Positions 9,190-16,483 of a stretch of 20,000 nt of DNA are shown here, piece after piece. Origin of the DNA: an uncultured virus (IMG/VR IMGVR_UViG_3300003962_000117) (taxonomy: Duplodnaviria; Heunggongvirae; Uroviricota; Caudoviricetes). Position 1 is the first letter of the stretch. The number at the start of each line of letters is the position of its first letter. The notes beneath the pieces were generated by a model, which worked only from the letters and a program-made list of their open reading frames with translations, was not told the origin of the DNA and did no database searches. Location: IMG/VR virus record IMGVR_UViG_3300003962_000117. One strand, 5' to 3'. Both the position numbers and the translations under genes were made by a program.

Positions 9190-9319
9190 CCGACATTACA
9201 CTATGTCGGCACTATTTAATTCATTGATTATCAGCGTATTGCATGGATGATTTCGTGTCGGCTTTTTTGTCATACTTGAAATTCAGTCAAAAAATGGTGG
9301 CGACAAACCTCAATGTCGG
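9190..9319. promoter_or_regulatory. Paired palindromic sites CGACA-N8-TGTCG flanking back-to-back IHF-consensus matches
   Basis: ccgacat-tacact-atgtcgg (9190-9209); gcgacaa-acctca-atgtcgg (9300-9319); half site tgtcgg (9256-9261); TAAttcaTTGATT (9217-9229) and TATCAGcgtaTTG (9229-9241) each fit WATCARNNNNTTR. Confidence 0.55.
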
Positions 9320-9400
9320 ATTTGAGATTCGGGTCATGAAATTATTTGGCATAATTTTACTGCGTTAGTTTCCACGTTAAAGGTTAATTTCTATTGTTGC

Positions 9401-9440
9401 AAAAGACGCCTTGACTTCGGTCAGGGCGTTCTTTTTTTTA
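9401..9440. terminator. Intrinsic terminator, probably bidirectional
   Basis: acgccttgac-ttcg-gtcagggcgt hairpin with C(UUCG)G loop and T8 tail on +; on - it directly follows the stop of 9441..10868 and is followed by TTTT. Confidence 0.75.
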
Positions 9441-10868
9441 TCAGAAGATGAGGTATCCATCCTCTGCGTAGAACTCAAGGAAAGATTTTTTTCTCTGCTC
9501 GAAATAGGTGTTTCCCTTTTTATCCTTCACGACTATCTTATTCAGATTGCCTTTCCGGAAAATACTTTTTGCGTCTGCTATCGCTTCTTCTCTATCGAAT
9601 CTTGACCTAAACTCTTTGCCATCGTTCTCTGCAATCATGTATTCGATAAGCTCTCCCCCTTTCTCTTTTTGCTCAGGAATGACTATCACCTCTCTTTCTG
9701 AGTGTCCGGATTTTTCTATGAAGTTAATGAAGTCGTGTGATGCGTACTCTGGCGCATATTTGTTTTTACGAACCCATTTAAAAACAAATTCCACAGAAAC
9801 AACATTTTCAGGAAGAGGCTTTTCAAACACCTTCCCATCTTCTCCGGCAAATCCTTTCGCCACATCCTTGTCATAAGTCCAGCTCCATGCAGCTTCATCG
9901 AATTGCGCACCGGACACATGAGACCCTCTGTATATTTTATCAATGCCTTTGTTTTTCAGATACTCGTAGCTGCTTTTAATAATCCAATCTGGAGCATCGG
10001 TCGGAAGCATCTCATCATCCTCCTCGACCGGATTATTATAGTAAACGTATTCGAGAAGGTAGTTGATGTAGGTCTTGTCATCCTTTGATATGGTCTTGGC
10101 GGTCGGAATTTTTCCACCAGCCTCCATTTCGACGCTGCCGCCTTTTTCCAAATAACCCATATCCTTGAGGTCAATGATTTTTCCGCGCTCCACCCATTCA
10201 TCCCAGAGTTCCGGTACGAGGTAGTGCTTCTTGAGGGTTGGCCTCCCGTGCCCAACCTTTTGCGCCACGATTTTTAGTATAGCATTCAACTGCTTCTTGC
10301 GTTTTTTGTCAGTCTCCTCCGGTTCAATCTTTTTTAACTTTTCGACCGTGTATTGGTTTGCAAGAAATCCGCGCAGGTCTTTTGCGGAAATATTGTGTGG
10401 GGATAAATATCTATTAACTCTGTCTGCCTTAATACGAAATCCATCGGAAGTCTCAAACACATATTTACTGGGAGAATTTTTCAATGCGGTTTTTAACGCC
10501 TTTGCAATCCGCTCATCTGTAAAACATTTTTCATGACGAACTCCGGACTTGCCCGTATAGTCAAGCGATACCGTATTTCCGCTTATAGATACATTCGAGC
10601 GCTGGAATCCGGTAACACCCAAATGACCATCCCCTGCCGATGAATCGTTTCCGATGCGCTCTGCCGTAAGCAACATTGTTGCAACCACAAGCGCGGTGAG
10701 TGAATCCTTTTCATTATCGCTCTTTAAATCTTTTGAAACATTCAGGCGGAGCTTACGAATACCGGAAGATAGCTCCTCTATGCGAGCCTTCTTCTTCTTC
10801 CAACGGGCTTCTATGACCTCTGGACTTTCAGGCGGACGTGGGACAAATATTTTTTTCTGTTCTACCAT
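9441..10868 (-). CDS. Multidomain protein: DNA topoisomerase IB catalytic core + putative R-S-E ADP-ribosyltransferase domain + small C-terminal domain
   Basis: TopIB catalytic residues R71 (ERIGN), K107 (YTGKSG), K163/R166 (AKDLR), H207 (KVGH), Y216 (KKHY). After the EKGG/EAGG linker: IYRG (R314), SWT (S329) DKDVAKGFA, SEREVIV (E391/E393). Confidence 0.85.
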   Translation of the reverse strand: MVEQKKIFVPRPPESPEVIEARWKKKKARIEELSSGIRKLRLNVSKDLKSDNEKDSLTALVVATMLLTAERIGNDSSAGDGHLGVTGFQRSNVSISGNTVSLDYTGKSGVRHEKCFTDERIAKALKTALKNSPSKYVFETSDGFRIKADRVNRYLSPHNISAKDLRGFLANQYTVEKLKKIEPEETDKKRKKQLNAILKIVAQKVGHGRPTLKKHYLVPELWDEWVERGKIIDLKDMGYLEKGGSVEMEAGGKIPTAKTISKDDKTYINYLLEYVYYNNPVEEDDEMLPTDAPDWIIKSSYEYLKNKGIDKIYRGSHVSGAQFDEAAWSWTYDKDVAKGFAGEDGKVFEKPLPENVVSVEFVFKWVRKNKYAPEYASHDFINFIEKSGHSEREVIVIPEQKEKGGELIEYMIAENDGKEFRSRFDREEAIADAKSIFRKGNLNKIVVKDKKGNTYFEQRKKSFLEFYAEDGYLIF

Positions 10869-10892
10869 TATTCGGTATCTTCAAATTATTCC

Positions 10893-12590
10893 TTAAACAC
10901 GAGGCGTCCAAAATTCTTTACTTAGTTGCTCGGACAAAGATTTTAATTCCTCGACAATGGATGCTGGGACTGGCTTATAGAGCCAATCGGTTCCGTACCT
11001 ATATCCCTTATCCTCGTAAAGACCTATGGACTTCAAGTATTCATCCCTCTTGTCGAAGTCGAATTTATTTTCTGGCGTGTACCAATTTTTAAGAGCCTCA
11101 TTTTGCCTTACAGTTCCGGCATAAAAATCATTCATGTTATACTCCCTGTAAATGCTGGCAAGCCTTAGTAGAGTTTTATTTTTCGGAAAGCTCTCTTCTA
11201 TTTTTGCGATTGTCGCAGAGCTGCTGTAATTCCTGAAATATCCATTCCACTTTCTGCCGGATATGTGGATATACGGAACATCGTGCAGAGTCTCAAGCGT
11301 ATCCCAGTCTCGGATGGTCGGGATATTCTTAATCGTTACTTCAATTTCGTACTTAATTAGGTTGATTACTTTCTTGTACAATATCTCTCTGTCGTCTGCT
11401 GGCATTATAGTGGACTCCTCTCGCCAAATATAATTTGGCAGTTTCTTGAACTTGACAAAATATCCTATCTGGCCATGAATTTTATTTTGCTCGCCCACCT
11501 CCTTCATCCACTCGGAAAATTCTTGTTCCCTTCCATTGTCGTCTCGATATTTTATAGTGCCGATGTCATCGGTGGTTACTGTTATGGTATTTCCGTTTTC
11601 ATCGAAATAGTTATATGGCTCTCTCAATTTGACCTTATCGCGCATCTTGTATTTTGGGGTCGCGCCAGCCTCTCCGCCATTTCTCATTTCTTGTTTTGAA
11701 ACATAAATTCTTCCTTTATTGGCTATCCGCTTCGACTCTTCTTCAAGAACTTTTTCTGCGGATTCTCTGTCTGATAGCCACTCGCTTTTTAGTTTGCCAT
11801 TTGAATCAAAGCATTCATCTGTAACGCCATCAAAATCTCCGCGCCAAAAGTTCCATATATGCAATATTTTTTCTTGAGAAAGATAAACTGAATAATCTTC
11901 TTCAATAATTTTACTGTCTTTTTCAAGAATCCCCTTCTTCCTTTCGAGATACCGAGCTATCTCCCTGTTTGTATTAACCTTATCTCCCTTCGATAAGATT
12001 AATTGTATTTCACCGCAATCCTTTTCAAGTTCCTCTTGGGTTGAATTGGGGTGATATATCATCAGGTGTCTCCTGATTTCATATTCTGCATTTGCATTTG
12101 AACTACGGGCTGCAATATTCATCGTTTGCGCTCTTGCCTCTTCCAGTGTGACAGGCTTTTGCCTCAGCAATAAATACGCTCCAGCGCGATTCATCTCATC
12201 AAAAGATACATTGGGTGCTCGTTTTTGAATGTCTTTAAATGTTTCGTAGGATATGTCTCCTAAATCATTCAAATGTTTTTTACTGCCTTTGATGCTCCCT
12301 CCTTCTGACATTTTCTTCTCTACATATTTCAAGAGTAAATCATAGTAATCGTCATCTTCCTTGAAATGAGCTTTAGCAATCGTCTCATAAAATTCCTGCT
12401 CAGTAATTGGCATCTCTACGCCCTGAGCTGCCAGCCTCTTTTTCAATTTGTCGTATAAATCCTTGTGCTCCTTTTCTACTTTTACACCAACGGCTAATTT
12501 GTCTGCCGGAACATCTTTAAAATATCCTCCCCAGACGAGCGCCCCGTCATTACCATAGCTTTTCAAGAATGATAGAAATCCTTTCCCCAT
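10893..12590 (-). CDS. Modular (polyvalent-type) phage protein: DUF5661-like + unknown + WNFxRGDFD domain + SH3/KOW-like + C-terminal phage domain
   Basis: GVKVEKEH...IAKAHFKEDDDYY (DUF5661-like pattern); KYKMRDKVKL...GTIK...YFVKF (SH3-like); C-terminal MNDFYAG...GYRYGTDWL..P; MSEGG and MRNGG linkers. Confidence 0.65.
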   Translation of the reverse strand: MGKGFLSFLKSYGNDGALVWGGYFKDVPADKLAVGVKVEKEHKDLYDKLKKRLAAQGVEMPITEQEFYETIAKAHFKEDDDYYDLLLKYVEKKMSEGGSIKGSKKHLNDLGDISYETFKDIQKRAPNVSFDEMNRAGAYLLLRQKPVTLEEARAQTMNIAARSSNANAEYEIRRHLMIYHPNSTQEELEKDCGEIQLILSKGDKVNTNREIARYLERKKGILEKDSKIIEEDYSVYLSQEKILHIWNFWRGDFDGVTDECFDSNGKLKSEWLSDRESAEKVLEEESKRIANKGRIYVSKQEMRNGGEAGATPKYKMRDKVKLREPYNYFDENGNTITVTTDDIGTIKYRDDNGREQEFSEWMKEVGEQNKIHGQIGYFVKFKKLPNYIWREESTIMPADDREILYKKVINLIKYEIEVTIKNIPTIRDWDTLETLHDVPYIHISGRKWNGYFRNYSSSATIAKIEESFPKNKTLLRLASIYREYNMNDFYAGTVRQNEALKNWYTPENKFDFDKRDEYLKSIGLYEDKGYRYGTDWLYKPVPASIVEELKSLSEQLSKEFWTPRV

Positions 12591-14365
12591 TACTGTAAAA
12601 ATAATTCTTTTTTCTCAGACATTGGCTTTGGCAATTTGAAGTCGCCCATTTTTTTCTTAAATCGTTTTACAAACGGCTCGCGATGCTTTTCCCATGCGCT
12701 TATATTCTGAATGAGTCCGGTCGCCATGAATGCCTGAGCTTCATCAATGAGAACATTTTCTCCGTACCCTCTTTCAGTCGAAAGTATATTGAGCATTTTT
12801 TCTTTGTCCGGCAATTTACTTACGAGAGCGGTCATGTCATTTCTATAATCCTCGTCCGACCAGAAAAACGCATGAGCGAGTTCGTGGTCAAGCGTATCAT
12901 GGTCTCCAGACCGGATTCCAATCAGATAAAAATCGGTTGACTTTTTCATTATCTCGAAAACTCGGTCGAGGAAAAAATTATCGTACTTGTTCCTTTCATC
13001 GTTGACGGTGTAGCAATTCATTATGGCGCTGCTGGGGACATTAAACCCATAAAATTCTTTCGGGTATGTGAATTTCCCGTTTGCGCTGGGGAAATTCTCG
13101 GAGAACCATTTTTTGAACTCGTCTATCTTAAATTCTTTGCCCTTAAATTCGTCCCATTCGTAAAAAGTTTGGCAGCGCAAGAATGACAGCGCTAAATCTT
13201 CGTTCTGCTCCATTTCCAATAAGAATATGTTCGGATAGAGTTGATATAATGAATACTCGAAATCAATTTCACCACCATACTCCATTTTTCTGAGAGTTTT
13301 TATGGAAACAAGCGGACTTTCGTTTATATAGTAGTCATCTAAGAATTGCATCTGGTCATCATCATTCTTAAACTCTCCGCCACTATAAATATAAACAGGT
13401 ATATTTTTTATCCCCATTTTCTTCAAAATCATAAATCGGTGATTGCCGTCCCAAATAAAATACTTTCCATCCTCCTTATCGTTTACAAGTATTGGAAGGA
13501 CGCCATTCTTTTTTATCTCCTGAGCTAACTCCTCATACTGTTCGTCATCTATGCTCGTTGTTGTGAATGAGCCATCAATATATTTAGAATCCAAAATAGC
13601 AAACCTTATGCTGCCCTCCTTGATTTTTTTTAAAAATTTATTTAGCCGAACTACATTTTCATTGGTTCTCTTTAATTCTTTTTCAGATAATTCCCCGCCC
13701 CGACCATATCCTCTTTTGAAAAAATAATGAATGTCGCTGTCCACGTTATATATAAAAAGTATTGCCGTGTCTTTTATTGACATATCACGACCAGCGCTAT
13801 CCTGCGCTATGTAGTGAAAAGTATGTTCGCCTTTTATTGCTTTTTTAGGAACATCGTCTTTCGATACATATTTGTAAAATTCCTCCTCTGTCGTTTCTTT
13901 TGACTTACCCCAATCATCTTCATCTGGGTCGCCTACATATTGCGACATAGTAGTAGCATCTGGAAAGTACCTACAAACCTCTCCCTTGCCGTCAGCAACA
14001 TCTACGCAATTTCCTATGTACCCGCCTTTAGCGTATTGTCCTCCGGCTTCCTTCTTTACAACGAGCACTCTACCTTTATAGAAAGACCATTTATTCTTTT
14101 CCTCAACAACTTTTTCGGCAGACTGCTTATCAGAGAGCCAATTTTTTCTCATAACTAAATTTTCGCTCTTATCAAAATCCGCATTCAATACTCGGTCAAA
14201 ATCGCCTCTATTGAAATTCCAGTAATACAAAAGCCGTCCCTGATGATACATGACGGCATAGGATTTATCAGCAGCTCCTCCGTTGGAAAAAGTATTTCCA
14301 GACCGAAAGTATCCGCCCCATATCAAAGCGCCCTCATTGGAGTAATATGATGCAAAATTATCCAT
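12590..14365 (-). CDS. Modular (polyvalent-type) phage protein: WNFxRGDFD domain + unknown (GNCV...DIHYFF) + ParB/Srx domain + HExxH zincin-like domain
   Basis: LAQEIKKNGVLPILV...YFIWDGNHRF (ParB/Srx); DHELAHA at aa 493-499 with downstream DEAQAF (zincin-like); FSNGG, EAGG, YAKGG, YGRGG, MEYGG linkers. Confidence 0.7.
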   Translation of the reverse strand: MDNFASYYSNEGALIWGGYFRSGNTFSNGGAADKSYAVMYHQGRLLYYWNFNRGDFDRVLNADFDKSENLVMRKNWLSDKQSAEKVVEEKNKWSFYKGRVLVVKKEAGGQYAKGGYIGNCVDVADGKGEVCRYFPDATTMSQYVGDPDEDDWGKSKETTEEEFYKYVSKDDVPKKAIKGEHTFHYIAQDSAGRDMSIKDTAILFIYNVDSDIHYFFKRGYGRGGELSEKELKRTNENVVRLNKFLKKIKEGSIRFAILDSKYIDGSFTTTSIDDEQYEELAQEIKKNGVLPILVNDKEDGKYFIWDGNHRFMILKKMGIKNIPVYIYSGGEFKNDDDQMQFLDDYYINESPLVSIKTLRKMEYGGEIDFEYSLYQLYPNIFLLEMEQNEDLALSFLRCQTFYEWDEFKGKEFKIDEFKKWFSENFPSANGKFTYPKEFYGFNVPSSAIMNCYTVNDERNKYDNFFLDRVFEIMKKSTDFYLIGIRSGDHDTLDHELAHAFFWSDEDYRNDMTALVSKLPDKEKMLNILSTERGYGENVLIDEAQAFMATGLIQNISAWEKHREPFVKRFKKKMGDFKLPKPMSEKKELFLQ

Positions 14366-14366
14366 G

Positions 14367-14877
14367 CTAAAAATGTTCTTCTAAATCAAAGTTTGATGGA
14401 AGCTCGACTCCGGCCTCATTACCGTTCTTTGCGCGACTCTTCTTCCATTCAGAAATATATTCTTTCCTATGCTCTGATATTTTTGACTCGCTGAATCCGA
14501 GCTTATCAATCAAATGCTTATTGTCCTTCAAGAATCTAATCGGGCTCCCAATGTAAGTGCTGAACGGAATAACTCTTTNNTACAAAACAATTATTCCCGA
14601 CAATAGTATCCCTCTCTGACCCGCAGCCGATAACTACAAATTCGGCAAACCTGTTGCCGTCTCCTATTATCGCTTTCTTAAAGCCCCTTCCTTCTTTTGT
14701 TTTTTCAAGCGCCTGTTTGTGCTCCGGCTCTGAACCGATAGAACAATGGCTAACAAAGGTGTTTCCGTTTCCGATTATTGCATTTGGATACACGATGCAG
14801 TATGCGCCAATGATATTGTTATCGCCCAATACCGCCCCATCATACACTATCGCTGTTTCATGAATTATATTTGCCAT
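14367..14877 (-). CDS. LpxA-like left-handed beta-helix (hexapeptide repeat) acyltransferase, interrupted by an NN assembly gap
   Basis: IHETAIV, LGDNNIIGAYCIV, SIGSEPEHK, IGDGNRFAEFVVIGCGS, TIVGNNCFV up to NN at 14579-14580; the other frame continues VIPFSTYIGSPIRFLKDN...LGF, the expected C-terminal part. The two track ORFs appear to be halves of one gene. Confidence 0.75.
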
Positions 14878-14889
14878 GACCTATGTTTT

Positions 14890-15891
14890 TTATTTTGAAT
14901 ACGCTCTCGAATCCACAAACAGCATTCGAGCCGGATGCGGATTTTTATATTTCAATCGCAGCTCTCGAACTTTCTTGGCTGAATTTGGACGACCATTTTT
15001 AGCATATACTTGTTCGAGAAAATATAGGTGCTCCGCCCGAAGCTCATCGAGCTCTCCGCAGCGCCAGTATTCGTCAATCACTTCCATGAGCGGATAGCCC
15101 AGAGTCCATTTTAGTCCGGCAATCATTAATCTGGAATAGTATCGCTCCTCGTAGAGCCCTCCCTCCATAGCCGTTCTTTTTTCATACCACTCGATAGCCT
15201 CCTTCGATTCGCCAGCGTCCTTATAGCTCTGCGCCAGATAAAAAACATCTCTTGGGTCATTATGCTCTTCGACATCTTTCTTTATCGCAGCAATATATCT
15301 TTGGTACTTTTCTTTCCTCCCTTGCTTCCATGAGTTTCCGTCAGACAAGCATACCACTTTGAAGTCGCTAATAAATCCAGTTTTGGACGTAGATGGTTCA
15401 TAGGAATACAATCCTTCATGAACCCTATGCTTCCAAAATGGATTCTTTGAGAGCTTGAAAAAACTACTCCTATCGTACACCAAATCCCCGTTCTTTACGC
15501 TGATGTTGGCAAAATCGTATTTTGATAAATTTCTTTTCAATACATTTTTATCAAATCCTTTACTTAGTACAATCGTCTCATCACATCCAATCAGAAATCC
15601 GTAATCCATTATTCCTTTAGCTTTCTCCAGCGCATAATTTCTCCATGCACAAAAATTAAGAAGCCCGTCATCATTTTCTGGTTTTGGAAAATCAAATACT
15701 CCGCCTTTAATTCCTTTCGAGTCAAAAAAGTTCCTCACGATTTCTCTTGACGAATCGGTCGAACCAGTATCTACGATGCAATATGAATCTATAATTGGCA
15801 GGACAGACTCCAAGAATCTGGGCAGTATTTCAGCCTCATTTTTCATTATTATGTTCACCCCTATCGTGGGCAGATTATTTGCCGGAGTCAT
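14890..15891 (-). CDS. GT2 glycosyltransferase with C-terminal TPR-like helices (protein O-glycosyltransferase type)
   Basis: IIMKNEAEILPRFLESV, VDTGSTD, WRNYAL, GCDE (DxDE position), RVHE, then PRDVFYLAQSYKDAG...AIEWYEKR. Confidence 0.85.
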   Translation of the reverse strand: MTPANNLPTIGVNIIMKNEAEILPRFLESVLPIIDSYCIVDTGSTDSSREIVRNFFDSKGIKGGVFDFPKPENDDGLLNFCAWRNYALEKAKGIMDYGFLIGCDETIVLSKGFDKNVLKRNLSKYDFANISVKNGDLVYDRSSFFKLSKNPFWKHRVHEGLYSYEPSTSKTGFISDFKVVCLSDGNSWKQGRKEKYQRYIAAIKKDVEEHNDPRDVFYLAQSYKDAGESKEAIEWYEKRTAMEGGLYEERYYSRLMIAGLKWTLGYPLMEVIDEYWRCGELDELRAEHLYFLEQVYAKNGRPNSAKKVRELRLKYKNPHPARMLFVDSRAYSK

Positions 15892-16468
15892 CGAATAGCA
15901 AAGATAGCTGATTATTCAAGCATCTAATGTGGTCTTGTGGGGTTATGAAGCATTGTTTATCAACAATGCCCTTATAGCTATCTATTCCGAGACATTCAGC
16001 TCCGTACCTCCTTCCCGTAAATTCAGAGCAGGTGTCTCTTTTTGTGCTGCCGAGATTTTTTGTATTAAATCCGAATCTTCGATAAATACCGATTCTGGCA
16101 AGCATGAAAAAGTCGTACTTGATTCCATCTTCGGCTTTATCAATAGCTTTATTCACCGCCTCGTCAATTCGTTGACCCGAAAAACCAACTGGCCGGACAA
16201 TACAAAAATCCTCGTAGTCTTTTATCAGATGGCTTAAAAAGTGCGGCTGAACTCCATCTGCCACCGAATCAATGGTCAGCAACCTGTCTCCCTTTTTAAA
16301 AATAAGGGCGCAATGATTATAGTACGCTTTTTTCCAGTTGCCATTTTCATCCTTAATAGCATCTCCCCAGTGAATGAGTTTGGCTAAGAGTCCGGAGCCT
16401 CTAAAAAGAGTGATGTCTCCATTCTGGATTTCCGACCTTACTGAAAGATACTTTTCGTATGTACTCAT
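15875..16468 (-). CDS. Permuted papain-like NlpC/P60 (YiiX/YebB-like) amidase/peptidase
   Basis: GDITLF, YNHCAL (His), KYDF, TCSEF (Cys), ITPQD, in the permuted His-before-Cys order. Confidence 0.85.
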   Translation of the reverse strand: MSTYEKYLSVRSEIQNGDITLFRGSGLLAKLIHWGDAIKDENGNWKKAYYNHCALIFKKGDRLLTIDSVADGVQPHFLSHLIKDYEDFCIVRPVGFSGQRIDEAVNKAIDKAEDGIKYDFFMLARIGIYRRFGFNTKNLGSTKRDTCSEFTGRRYGAECLGIDSYKGIVDKQCFITPQDHIRCLNNQLSLLFDDSGK

Positions 16469-16483
16469 GTTTATATAAATTTA

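Noticed and set aside
9168..9362. Sigma-54-like GGCACG (9169) and TGGCA (9347) elements
   Set aside because: No TTGC at the required -12 spacing.
9104..9440. CRISPR array or tRNA in the intergenic region
   Set aside because: Repeats are short palindromic half-sites, not regularly spaced direct repeats; no cloverleaf seen.
10150..10868. Integrase/tyrosine recombinase call for the R-K-R-H-Y protein
   Set aside because: RIGN, GKSG, KDLR (K rather than H in HxxR) and GH-x8-Y fit topoisomerase IB better.
14536..14603. Apparent frameshift or programmed recoding in the acyltransferase
   Set aside because: The frame change coincides exactly with NN at 14579-14580 and expected central repeats are missing, so it is most likely an assembly gap.
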